Positions 25,757 to 37,718 of a stretch of DNA of 64,000 bases are shown piece after piece; the stretch's first letter is position 1; every line of letters starts with the position of its first letter. Source of the stretch: Octopus vulgaris (taxonomy: Eukaryota); the NCBI GenBank assembly GCA_951406725.2, contig OX597815.1, positions 129,456,001 to 129,520,000 of the forward strand, given 5' to 3'. The notes beneath the pieces are model-generated. The model was not told the origin of the DNA. It made no database searches and saw only the letters and a program-made list of their open reading frames with translations. The position numbers were made by a program, and so were the translations under genes.

Positions 25757-26644
25757 ATGTATATTTGTGTATGTGTGAAAGGCTTGTACACACTTTATCT
25801 ACCAAATTTCTCCCATATATTAGTCACCCTGAGGTTATGGGTAACTTCTGTAAAGAGCTGTATCATGGAATTGAATTTTAAGCCTAGTAGTTGCAAAGCA
25901 AGCCTCTTAACCAAATAGTGATGCTTCTTAGATATGGTTTGGAAGAATTGGGATTTATATTAAGAAGTATAAACTGTTAATTTGATTATATACTTTATAT
26001 TGTTTACTAAAATAAGATCTTTTAGAGATAAAACTTTCAGAAGTTTGGCCTTTCTATTTATATTTAGCATTTCATTCTTGAACTAACATGTATTAATCCA
26101 TTTAATCCAAAAGATATTAATTTGGAAGTATCATATCAGTTTGGCATAGAAATTAATCTGCCATAGCTTAAATATTTTATTTAATAGGGAGACTGGATTC
26201 TTGTCTGTTTAATACCGTGAAAATAAGTAGATACCAGTTTTGTGACTTAGAAAAAAAAATTTAACTTAGTGTTGTTGTTATTTAGTGTAGTGTTGCCCAG
26301 TTGTCTCTACTTGAAGTAACCTAAATCATCATCGTTTTAGTGTATACTATACAATGCTAGCATAGTTCAGACACAACTTATTGCAGTATATTTCCTATGG
26401 TTGGATGCTCTTCCTATCACCAACCTTCATCTGTTCCAAGTAAGGTAATGTTTGCTGTAGTCCATTAAAGCAGGATTACTTCAATATCAAAGCATTTTAA
26501 GGTATTGGTCAGACTAAGGTCATAACAGAAGACACCTGTCCACGTACTGCACTGGGGAAGTGAACCTTAATCCATGTAGTTATGAAGCAAACTTCTTAAC
26601 CACACACCCATCTATGCCTATTTATGCTGATGTAGTAGTAGTTT

Positions 26645-26995
26645 GGAGGCCTGCATTGTAACAGCACATCGCTCCATCCACTATTTGTTGATTTCCTACT
26701 CCTGATGGATGACACTTTTGCACCATTCAGACAACAACCCTCCAACCCACAGGTCTGCTTGAGCAATCATTGCTGGTGAGGGTTTTTCTAGGTCAGAGTG
26801 TAAATCCTACCTCAACCTCTTTTAGTTACTTTTTTTACAACATAAAGGGAAACGTTGGGTCTATTCTTTGACATGCTAGTCTTCACACAGCACTAGAGAG
26901 ATTCGAAACGCAACATGCTACCTGGTCCAGGAATTAAACTCACAATCATTTGATTGTGAGTGCAACACCCTAACCACTAGGTTAAGTGGCTTTGC
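26645..26995 (-). mobile_element. tRNA-headed SINE (fourth family), copy 1
   Basis: Minus-strand head ...cctagtggttagggtgttgcactcacaatc; body aligns by eye with 28418-28745. Confidence 0.65.
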
Positions 26996-27000
26996 ATGTC

Positions 27001-27047
<47 letters not shown>

Positions 27048-27562
27048 CTTGATACTTAATTGATCAAACACATGGATCATCCTAGCTGGGGTTTATCCCA
27101 TTTCCTTTTTCCGTTCTGTAGTCTTTTTGGTTAAAACAAAGGGTATATTTAAAAATGGTAGGGGTTGCAAGTATTTGGTATTTGTGGGGCACAATGGCTG
27201 AAATGTTAAGGTGATGGACCCCTGATCACATAATTAGTTTCAAATCTTAGCATAGCTATTGTGTTGTGAAATACACATAACTCTGCTTGCTTCAGTCTGT
27301 CTGTCTTAGAATAAACTGAATTGAATGTGTTAAAACTTAAGCATTGTTTTTCATGAGAATTAGAATTAACCCTAGGTTACATTAACTTACTTGCATGAGT
27401 AGCATATACTTAAGGCATCCCATATTTTCAGGGAATTCACTCTAAATACTTTATTCCTACAGTACTATGCTGTCTTCAACTTTTATGAATGACTGGTTGT
27501 TAAAGGTTGATCCAATATTGGGGATATTTTTAAGATCTAATATACTTTAAATTAAATGCTTA

Positions 27563-27880
27563 CATGCCGGTGGTACGTAAAAAGCACCATCCGTTCGTGT
27601 CCGTTGTCAGCCTCGCCTGGCCCTCGTGCCGGTGGCACATAAAAAGCACCATCCATTCGTGGCCGTTTGCCAGCTCTGTCTGGCACCTGTGCAGGTGGCA
27701 CGTAAAAAGCACCCACTACACTCACGGAGTGGTTGGCGTTAGGAAGGGCATCCAGCCGTAGAAACACTGCCAGATTTGACTGGGCCTGATGAAGCCTTCT
27801 GGCTTCACAGACCCCAGTAGAACCGTCCAACCCATGCTAGCATGGAAAACGGACGCTAAACGATGATGATGATGATGATG
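27563..27880 (+). mobile_element. Young RTE-LINE 3' UTR fragment with internal ~63-bp tandem repeats
   Basis: Three copies of (gcc/gca)ggtgg(c/t)ac(g/a)taaaaagcacc; CpG-rich; ends ggaaaacggacgctaaac(gat)n. Confidence 0.8.
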
Positions 27881-28417
27881 CTATGGATTCAGATTCAATG
27901 ATTCTGCAATTGGTCTGTTATGATACTTTGCTGCCTTCAGCTTTATAAATAAATGAATTTTAAGGTTGATCTAATACTTTAAACTATACCAATTACAATA
28001 ATCAAACTAAACTGGTAATAGTAAATGAGCAGACATTTCATTTTGCCAGATGCCAATTAATAGACTTGCCATCCTTTTTCTCTAATTCAATGCCTTAAAC
28101 ACGTTGTACAATAATTAAGTTTAATTATTACTTTACTCATAAATAAATTTGGTTAAATGAACCATTATTTGTAACATAGATGCTGTAATGTTAACTATTC
28201 TTCTAAACCAAATTAGGATTTAAAAACTGATGAGATATATTTTATTGTGTACAATTTTTGTTTCAAACTTATGCTGTAAAGCAAAATTAAATAACAACTT
28301 CAAAGTAATATTGTTAAATATAGTTGAATAACAAGATTAAAATAATGTAGTTAGATTTTCAGTGTTAGACCACAGAAACAAATTAATATTATATTTGGGT
28401 TGTATATCTGTACTGTA

Positions 28418-28745
28418 TGGGGGCCTGCACTGTAACAGCATGACACTGCATCCACCATTTGTTGGTGATTCCCTACTGTTGGCAGATATTTTTGCACCAC
28501 TCAGGCAACCACCCTTCAACCCGTGGGTCTATTTGGATAGACCATTGCTGGTGAGATTTTACAAGGTTGGCATACAAATCCTACCTCAACCTCTATTAGT
28601 TGCCTTTTATGAGATGCAGAGGAAATCTTGAGTCTATTCTTTGGCATGCCAATCCCCACACAACACACTGCCTGGTCCAGGAATAGAACCCATGATCTGA
28701 TGATCATAAGTGCAAAACCCTAACCACTAGGCCACACACCTTCAC
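28418..28745 (-). mobile_element. tRNA-headed SINE (fourth family), copy 2
   Basis: Minus strand gtgaaggtgtgtggcctagtggttaggg...gggttctattcc; body matches 26645-26995. Confidence 0.7.
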
Positions 28746-29989
28746 AGCCTTGATTTTCAAACCATATTGGGTTCTCATCAGAAGTTTCTACTAGATCAAT
28801 TTCACCAATCCTAAAGAAACAAGCAACCAATCTGTTCGACAAATCCAGTAGCTTCAGAGAACTGGTGCTACTTATTTGCATATCATGTTTAACCCTTTAT
28901 TTAATATCAGGGGCTTGTCAATGGGGATCTCAGCTTAACATAAAACATTCCATTCAGACAAGGAAAATGTGATATATCATTATTGTTACCTCTGATTTCA
29001 CTATGGAATGAGCTGGATGAGTCATCAAGATCAGAATGCATTTTTATTTGGTGTCACTGCCCTTGTAAATGGAATAAAGAACTACATCTTGCTCAAAACG
29101 CTTCATTTTTGGAATGGTTTCTATGGATACATATCCTTCCTAAGACTGTTTTTCAGAGTGAACTAGCTACGTCTTATCATGGTACCAGTACTAGAAGCAA
29201 TCATGCCTTTGGGTGTACTAAAGGGTTCTCTCAGCCCCTGTGCTGTCTGCTTATTTACTAATCACTTTACAGCACTTGGACAATTTTTTGAAACTAAAAT
29301 TTGGCTAAGGTTGCTTGATTGGACTGTTTAAATGATTGTATAGGTTTCCAATTGGTCAGACTTATTCAATGTTTTTCCTTTTTTTTTTTTTTGTTAGTGA
29401 TGTACTAAAGATAATGCCCTAAAATGTTGAGATTTTCAGAATTATAAAATTAATTTCTAACAGACTTAAAACAATTGAAGCAAAAATGAATTTATGATTT
29501 TGGAAAAAAAACTAACAGGAAATGTCATACAACAAGCTGAAAATGTTAAATACAATATTAAACTAATTGTTTCTTTAAAATTTTAAGGTTTTGTATATTG
29601 GAACCCCTGGCATTTATATGAGTGGTGTAACTTCTGTTTGACTTGTAAAATGGTGATGATAGTGGTGATAAATCCCATAATCTACTGTGTTTTTAGGAAT
29701 ATGTATACGTATAAGTTCGCATCTACCCATGGTTAGACATGAACTTATGGCTGCAGATTAATGAAATACTTATAAATTGTGCAATATTGCTATCCTCCAT
29801 GGTACTGCTTTACTGTTAGGTGATCTCAGCTTGTTAGAAGTGATTTCTTTGGTTATGAATACAACCCAGAACCAGTGATACAGTACAAGTTGTACATTTT
29901 TAAGTCAGTAATTCTTTTCATCTATTTATTGGCTGATATAATAGATATCAGCAATATACAAGGGTTGATTCAGTCAACTATAAGCCCTT

Positions 29990-30400
29990 GCCAATCTATG
30001 ATAAATCGATGTTGTTCCCAAGTACCATAACTTACAAACAGGGTAGTGAGATGATGAAGGACAAAGCACCATACTTGTATCACTTGCAGACACACTCTAG
30101 CCTGTGGCCCACAGCTGTGCTGTCTCCTCTCTCTGCTTTTTCTACTGTTACTCTAATAGCTTTTGTTCCTTGTCACTGGCCAAGCTTGTACCTTGTTTAC
30201 TCAAGTCACTCCCAATGCACTAAGCTCTCTTCATATGTTCCTGCAGATCACACACTAACCAACACACCTAGTCCTTCCCCTGAACATCACCCTCTGGAAT
30301 CTCCTCCCTGCTCATACTGTTCCTGCAAGTTTAAACAGGACATTAGCATTATCAAACTCACTGGTCTTGAAAGTTCTTCAAAAGCCATGAGCACTACTCC
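29990..30400 (+). mobile_element. Decayed CR1/L2-like LINE 3' fragment
   Basis: A frame reads LADTL*PVAHSCAVSSLCFFYCYSNSFCS, resembling the LxxLxHRRxVxSLxxFYRYxxGxCS post-RT motif. Confidence 0.55.
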
Positions 30401-30609
30401 AGACTCATTGCATATGAGCAGAACTTAAGGGATTTAGTGTCTTTTACTGAATAACTAACATGCTTGAAAGCACCAATGGAGAACTTGTCTGAGAAAAGCC
30501 TAAATGATAAAATAATAAATAGGCTACTTTAAACCATGGATAGACATACCATGGCCAACAGCAAGCTAGCTATGTGAAACTAATAAAATTAGATATTAGA
30601 ATTATGTTC

Positions 30610-30935
30610 TTAGATTTTTCACCATGGTTTTGGCTTCAGTCTCATTGCATGACATCTTGAGCAAGTGTCTTTTACTATAGCCCCAGGCTAACCAATGACT
30701 TGTGAGAGAATTTGGTTGACAGAAAGTGTGTGTGTCTGTCCCACCCTGCCACTTGACAACTTGATGTTGGTTTGTTTACAATCCATAATTTAGCAGTTTG
30801 GCAAAAGAGACTGACAGAACAAGTACCAGACTTTAATAAAAATAACTACTTGGGTCCTTTTGTTTAACTAAAACTCTTCAAGGCACTACCCCATTTTGAC
30901 TGCTCTCCAATGATTGAAGCAAGTAAAATATAAAG
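30610..30935 (+). mobile_element. Decayed CORE-type SINE, tail A
   Basis: ttgagcaagtgtcttttactatagcccc...ggcaaaagagactgacagaacaagtacc...aatgattgaagcaagtaaaa. Confidence 0.7.
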
Positions 30936-31029
30936 GAGACCAATATAGCCTTCTAAGATTGTCTCTTTTATCCATAGTTTTCATTCTCTTAAATTGTTTT
31001 CATTAAAACGAAGAGAAAATTTATTCATA

Positions 31030-31051
31030 TTTTTTTCCTTTTTCTTTTCAG
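31030..31051 (+). promoter_or_regulatory. Polypyrimidine tract and 3' splice acceptor preceding the coding exon
   Basis: ttttttcctttttcttttcAG|ctg with AG at 31050-31051. The 89 nt up to the ATG contain an in-frame TAA (31108-31110), so they are 5' UTR. Confidence 0.75.
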
Positions 31052-31140
31052 CTGAAAGTGCTTTACAAGACTCTTCCAGATTAAACCTATTGGATATTTA
31101 ACTTTTATAAATTTTACCGCCAAGATCTACAGAAACAATC

Positions 31141-31695
31141 ATGTCGGCGTTACCAAGAGTTATTGATCCCCTTTTTCATTTCGAAACCCACTTTCCTGAG
31201 CGTATTTCCAAGCTTCACTTGAACCCAGAGTACCCAGCAGCACATCGGCGCACGAAGAAGCCAAAGTGTCGCGCTAGTGCTCGCTATAAAACTCAGCCCA
31301 TTACTTTTGATGAAATTAAAGAGGTCGATGAAGAGAATATTGAACCTCCTGAAACACAAAACAAGGACAACCTCCGTGGACAGTTCCAAGCATTTTCTCG
31401 ATCTATGGATGGCTTGGTCCCTAAAAATTCTCAGTCTCAAGGAAATAACAACAACAATAACAACAACAATAATACTGCTACGACTCCCCTCAAACCTTGC
31501 TTGAAAAAGCCACAGCAGAATATATCTCCACTTGCCCGTGAGTCACATCCTCGATCCCGACGGGAGCGTTCAGCATCAACCACAGAGGCAAGTACACAGA
31601 CATTCTTTACCAACTTAGACCAAGCTAACAACAGCAATGGCGTAGATAACACTTCTGATCAACTAGCAGACAGTGCAGACAGCCATCTGACCTAA
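31141..31695 (+). CDS. 184-aa protein, C11orf96/DUF4695-like (R[FY]KTQP motif family); whole CDS in one exon
   Basis: Only long non-repeat ORF. Kozak-like aatcATG, CpG and GC content above the flanks, upstream acceptor and downstream poly(A) signal. Motif RYKTQPITFDEIKEVDEE versus RFKTQPVTFDEIQEVEEE recalled from vertebrate C11orf96. Poly-Asn tract and disordered S/T-rich C-terminus. Confidence 0.85.
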   Translation: MSALPRVIDPLFHFETHFPERISKLHLNPEYPAAHRRTKKPKCRASARYKTQPITFDEIKEVDEENIEPPETQNKDNLRGQFQAFSRSMDGLVPKNSQSQGNNNNNNNNNNTATTPLKPCLKKPQQNISPLARESHPRSRRERSASTTEASTQTFFTNLDQANNSNGVDNTSDQLADSADSHLT

Positions 31696-32615
31696 GGTTT
31701 GTCGAACCCAGCAGTCTGTTCCTCTGGAATTCCTTATTTTTCCTTTATTTTAAAAATATTTTTTTCAAGCATGGTTACATGAACAGATGTTTTCTTGGGG
31801 GGACATATTATTCCCAAATGATTAAATCAAGAAAAAGAAAAATGTTTATTTGCTATAGGGAAATATAGACTGTTTTCCCTAAAATTTCATTGATGGACAG
31901 ATGATCCAATATTTATTGAACAACAGGAAAAGTCAGTTCAGGGGTAACTGTTAGCTTTCATCAGATAAAAATTTGAAATATTCACCTTCAAGATGCCTTA
32001 ACTGTTTTTTATTTTTTTCTTTACTTAAAAAAACAAAAAAATATTCGACAGTTATCCCTGAAAATGACTTTCTTCCTTTCGAAATTTTTCAAATATTATC
32101 TTTTTCTTTCTTTCTTTCTTTCTTTATCTTATTCAATTATTTGTTCAATGAATTAAATTAAAAAAAAAAATATATATTGACATTACTTTGCCAGAACTCT
32201 GCACAAAGGTACGGAATGAACATGCGTAGTTGATTCAGTTATTTCTATAAAAATTCAATACTGAAACTACTTTATTATTTATGTCTACAGACATATACGA
32301 ACAATTTATCAAAATTTTGTAGAAGCCGAGTTTTTTTCTCTTAAAAGACAAAAAAAGAAAAAATACAGGGCAAACAAAGAAAATTCAATCCTCAATTATT
32401 ACAAAAAAATCCTTAATTTTTGTCTGTATTTATTTATATGTTCTATATTTTTCATTAGGAGAAATATATATTTATATATCACTTCTACACTGCTTTATTA
32501 TTATTATTTTCATTGTTTTAATTATTTTCATTATTATTATTAATTTTTTTCTTGGTGGTATTATGTAGCCTGAAGGAAGTTTAAGCAAATAAAATATTCT
32601 ATTGATATTCTGTTG
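31696..32615 (+). promoter_or_regulatory. Probable AU-rich 3' UTR
   Basis: About 900 bp with no recognisable TE, very AT-rich, overlapping ATTTA pentamers (tatttatttat 32427-32437), ending after AATAAA. Confidence 0.55.
32588..32593 (+). terminator. Polyadenylation signal AATAAA
   Basis: First canonical hexamer I saw after the stop codon, with a T/GT-rich tract about 45 nt downstream (gttttttttgtttt). Confidence 0.55.
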
Positions 32616-32654
32616 AAACATGAGAAAAGATATGAAGTTTTTTTTGTTTTAATA

Positions 32655-33155
32655 TTATTGGTTTCAAATTTTGGTAACAAGGCCAGCAAGTTTTGGAGAT
32701 GGGGTAAGTGGATTACATCGATCCCAGAGCTCAGTTGGTACTTATTTCGTCAACCCCGAAAAGATGAGAGGCAAAGTTGACCTTGGCAGAATTTGAATTC
32801 AGAGCATAAACATAAATGGAATGCTGCTAAGCATTTTGCCCAGCATGCTAATTTCTGCCAGCTCACCACCTTGTTTTATGTTTTACTATTATTGGCTAAT
32901 AAAAGAAATCATTATCATAATTATCGTCATTACGGTGGTGAGCTGGCAAAATCAATAACACATCAGAAAAATTGCTCAGCAGCATTTCTCCCAGCTCTTT
33001 ACATTTTGAGTTTGAATCCCCTTGGGGTTGACTTTGTCTTTCATCCTTTCAGGGTCAATAAAATAAATACCAGTTGAATCTTGGGGATCAATGTAATTGA
33101 CTTACCCCAATTCTCAAAATTACTAGTTTTGGACCAAACATTAAAAAGAATTATT
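32655..33155. mobile_element. Head-to-head pair of Meta-type SINEs (32655-32872 minus; 32931-33155 plus)
   Basis: ...gccagctcaccacctt on one side and ggtggtgagctggcaaaatc on the other. Confidence 0.8.
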
Positions 33156-33609
33156 TTAGTAATGTAACAGCATATTTTTTTCATAAGCTTTTGATTACTA
33201 TTGTTTTGTTTTTTTTCAAAAGCTAGAAGTTACTAAACAAAGCAGTTTGTTTTCCCAATCAAATTGTTCTAGCTTTTCTAAGTGGCTTTATCAAAAATCT
33301 AATTTGAAGTACTTGTTTATATTTACACTAAGATATTTTATAAACATTCTTTCTATCAATTTCTTAGAAGCCACAGTTTACAGACTGACTTTGAAGTCTT
33401 TTTATTTTACAGATTCTTGAGTTCTGATTAAAACTGATGATGTTTTTATGGGGAAGAGAGAGCTGGTTATAATTCTTTTTTCTCCCTTTTTTTTTCCAGC
33501 TGGAATTAAGATACAATTTAACTGTCAGCATATTCAGTCCAATTTTGGGGCTTCAGGTTTTATCATTTCATTTGTTTTAATGACTCCTATAATCATTGCT
33601 TCTCACATA

Positions 33610-33890
33610 GCCCCCCCACCCACCCACCCACCCACCTACACACACACACACACTCATCTTTATCCTCTCTCTCTCTCTCTCACACACATTATTTCCCTCT
33701 CTCTCTCTCACTCGCCATCTCTCTCTCTTTCACATCTCTCTCTCTTTCACCATATCTCTCTCTCACCATATCTCCCTCTCTCTCTTTCACCATTTCTCCC
33801 TCTTTCTCTCTCTTTCACCATCTCCTTTTCTCTCTCTTTCACCATCTCCTTTCTTTCTCTTTCACCATCTCCCTCTTTCTTTCTCTCAAG
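33610..33890. repeat. Compound (CCCA)/(CA)/(CT) low-complexity repeat
   Basis: Direct observation; recurring ctctctttcaccat units. Confidence 0.9.
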
Positions 33891-35814
33891 ATAATTTCTT
33901 TTCTACTTCTCAACATATAATAGTTAATTAGTTCGGGTGCTTGAACTCTGGGTCTGTTAAGTGTTCAGTTCTGATTTTGAACAAGAATTATCTTTGTCAA
34001 TTTACAAAGCTGAGAGTACTTGCTTCACCTTTCCATGGTGATTAAATGCTTTAATGTACAAAAATTGGCAAGAAATAAAACCACTGATTTCAAGAACATC
34101 TGTAGATAGGTTAGAGAGAGACAGAAGTAGGGGAGCTTCTTCACTGCCACTTTATCTACTCAATATAGCAGAAGAATTTTCCTCCCAGACAATCTTAACT
34201 CAGCAGTGTATAAACTCAGTCAGTTATGGTTCCATCCTTTTGTGCTCAATGACAGCAATTCTTAAACTAATGAACTCATCCCTGTCAATATTAGTGAACT
34301 TTTAGTTTCTCACTCACCTCTTTATTATTATAACAAGCCAAAATACAGTTTGCATCCATATAATTCTTTCTCCAACTACCATAGTGTTGGACAAGTTCAA
34401 AGTTTTAAATCCTCTTAATTTCATTAACTCATTTGTTTTCAACTCACCTGAAACTATCCCTGGTTCTATGATACAAACATCTCCATTCTAAAGTGATCCA
34501 AGTTTTAAAATTTCCATCAAACATTTGTGCTAATTTATGTTCCAAACAATAGCTAACAAGTTTCAAATTTTGGTATAAGGACAGCAATTTTAGGGATGGG
34601 AGATCATTGATTCTAGTGCTCAATTGATACTTATGACCTCAGCAAAGTTTGAGCTCAAAACAAAATTGAAAGAAATTATGCTAAGCATTTTATCAAGCAA
34701 AGCTAACAATTCTTTGAACTTGCTACATTGATAATGAGTTACTTCATTAAATTCTTCATTTAGAACTTAATTGAAACTGAGATGGTGTATTTCAGTAGAA
34801 ATATGGTGACAAAATCAGTAAACATGCTGTCTTCCTTTCTTGTCAGTCCTCACAGGTTCTTCTTTACAGAAACACTGTTCTGTAGTATTAGTATTTGATT
34901 GTAAATGTTGTTTCAAAGCTGTCAGTGAATTGTCATCAACAGTAATATTTAAAATATGATTGCTTCTGCCAAATTTCATGTCACCATATTTAAAATTTGA
35001 AAATTGTCTTTGATGTATGTTGGTTGTCAAAACATTTTTCCCAAATAGTTTACATAAGTGAACTTGTAACAATTGCAAAGAATTCCCATTTTGAAATTCA
35101 TAAAGAATACAATATTGAAAAATGTCTTTTATCTACTGCCATTTTTTCTGTAGATGTCATAAACAAAGAGATAAGCTTTTTTTTTTTGTTATTCTAATCT
35201 ACATAAGCAAAACTCCTATCTGCTTTGATATTCTTTTTCTTAACCCCCAGGTCAAATATGTTAAGCCTGTCATCTAACAGAGAAGACCAATGACCTGATT
35301 GTGATTAGGGGTAGTTTACATTGCCATTCTCAGTCCTACTAGAGGAGTCAAAGTCAGTAGCCTGAACTGAACTAATTGGTTTCAAAGTTCTGTACTGCCA
35401 AGCATTACAGTGATGAACTATACAACTCAGCTGCAAATATTTAGAGCTAGGAAAAATAGACCATTGTCTGTGACATGCTGTCTGTAGCCAATACACTTTA
35501 CTCTCAGTGACAAGGTGCAAATCATTTGATTGTCTTTGTCACACACAACCCAACAAAGGAACTTCAACTTGGTCACTTGACCTGCTGTGAATAGTAGTTG
35601 TATCTTCATCAAACCACACCCTACTATCTTGAAAAAGAAATAGTACATTGGACTGTGTAGTCCAAGACATACAAAACCTATATGATCATGGAATATTTTT
35701 GATCATAGCTCAGCTCAATCAAAGTTCACTTTAGGCTAAACAACAATTCAGCCATACATGCTCTTTAATGATAATTGGTGGAGAGCTAAAAAATTAACAA
35801 AGATCAAAGAGCAT

Positions 35815-36172
35815 TTTATTTTATTCATTTCTGCCATTAGACTGTGTCCACGCTGGGGCACTGCCATGAAGAATTTTAGTTGAACAAATTGACCCCAGTA
35901 CTTTTTTTAAGGCCTGGTATTTATTCTGTGAGTTTCTTTTGCCAAAATGTTAAGTTACAGGGACATAAACACATCAATACTGGTTGTCAAGCAGTGGTGG
36001 GATGTGCACACACACACGATGGGTTCCTTTCTGTTTCCATCTACCAGATCCACTCACAAAGTTGGCCCAAGGTTATAGCAGCAGACATTTGCCCAAGATT
36101 CCACACAGTGAGGCTGAACCCAGAACCATGTGGTTGACAAGCAAACTCCTTACCACATAGTCATGCCTATGC
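35815..36172 (-). mobile_element. CORE-type SINE, tail A
   Basis: Reverse complement of the family at 9150. Confidence 0.7.
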
Positions 36173-36877
36173 CTTTTGTGTATAATAAATATTTCTTGAT
36201 CGTGAATCTTGAGTTCAAATCTGTTGCAGATTATCTTTTAGGTATTTGGGGAAAATTTCTAATTGTATATATCTCAGTTCACCTGTCTGTTAGGAATAGC
36301 TCTGCAAATAACATTACCTACCATAGATTAGCATTCTATCAAGGGAAAAGACTTTATCCTTGCTTTTATTCATTTCAGACAGAGGCTGTGGCCATGCTGG
36401 GGCACTACTATTATAAATTATATTACCTGCAAGGTTCGATTGCTACATCTGCTGTAAACCGTAATAGTTGTTGCTAACCATTACACCAAAGTGATGTCTT
36501 TATTCAGTTTAATTCTATAAAACCATAACTAAGTACTGACCCCTTATGAGGCTATCAGAGATTTAGAAATATACTTAAATCTGTTTATACCCAAGATACA
36601 GCAATTGATTAATACTGTTTTCTTTTTCCTTCTCTTGCTAAATCCATGTAAGATAAATCAAGTGAAGTTAATTTGTAGTGTAGTGTTGGAATGACAGGGT
36701 TGTAAACTGTTGTACTGTAACACAGGGAATGCAGGAGGCTTCTATTTATAGAAATAAACATTACATGCAGCTGGTTCTTTCGTTAGCTTGGAACACCTTT
36801 AAATTGATTTCAAGACTAATCATGTTTTAATAACAATATTTTATCAGTGCTGAGAAGAAACAAGTTTACTCCTCCTC

Positions 36878-36917
<40 letters not shown>

Positions 36918-37174
36918 CCCCCTACCACCTCAGTTATTTAGATGTCTGAGTCAAACAACTGTATCTAGCAAGTACATTAACATTTGCTTCACATTTATTT
37001 CAGCTTAACAAGGATTTGAAGAACTGAAATTGTGGGGAGATAGTATTGCTGCTGTTAGGGAATATTTTGCAGTGGTTAGATGATTCGCTGACTAACAATG
37101 ATGCTTCAACATAAGTTTAAGATGCATTGCTGCCCACCCACTATCATACACAACTTGAAATTAGAATAAAGACT

Positions 37175-37391
37175 TAACCCTTTTATCATACTACTGTGAA
37201 AGTATCGTATCTTTATTTCAGTTTATTTAGGAAATAATGAAGGGTTTAGTAGAATAACTTTGTCATTATTAAGTTGGTGTTTGGAACAATTTAGCATGAA
37301 ACTTTGTTAGGTTTTCATTTAGATAACTTTAAAACAGGAAATTTGTGTTATAAAATTGGGGGCAATCTCCGATTGATATCAAAATGGTTAA
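37175..37391. mobile_element. piggyBac-type MITE
   Basis: TTAAccctttt...aaaatggTTAA; body matches the 46370 family. Confidence 0.65.
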
Positions 37392-37394
37392 ACC

Positions 37395-37718
37395 CAGGAC
37401 TGGCCAACCTGAGGCCTACGGGCTGCATGTGGCCCACAGACTTTTATCTTGCAGCTTGCTTGATACCTTCTTGAAGTGGGTTTATTTAAACAAACATTTC
37501 TAAAATTTTATAAAAAATTAAAGATTGTAATGAAAAGTTAAAAAATGAAAGATACTATTTTTGCAACGATAATATTTCATGTTGAATCAACAATCATTCA
37601 TTATTGTAATAATAGCATGAGAAAACAAAATGCTTTCAATTCTGTCAGTATATAAGCGGCCCTCAAAAAACTTTGTGATTAAAGTGGCCTGCAATGTAAT
37701 TTGAGTTGGCCAGGCCTG
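37395..37718. mobile_element. hAT/Charlie-type MITE
   Basis: TIRs caggactggccaac / gttggccaggcctg; exact 8-bp TSD gttaaacc (37387-37394, 37719-37726). Confidence 0.9.

Noticed and set aside
28750-28790. Minus-strand hammerhead-like string ctt-CTGATGA-gaacc-caatat-ggttt-GAAA-atc-aag
   Set aside because: Core boxes and stem II are present, but stem III is essentially absent (GAAA directly followed by ATC) and stem I is only 3 bp. It could be chance or a relic cut by the adjacent SINE; not supportable.
29016-29026. Palindromic AP-1-like site gatgagtcatc 2 kb upstream of the coding exon
   Set aside because: A single short motif is expected by chance in 64 kb; the same string occurs inside the Tc1 relic.
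29988-30428. 146-aa ORF upstream of the gene
   Set aside because: Off-frame reading of a decayed CR1-like LINE with a non-ATG start; no splice support.
31150-31652. Overlapping antisense and alternate-frame ORFs within the CDS
   Set aside because: Short shadow ORFs expected in GC-richer coding DNA; no independent signals.
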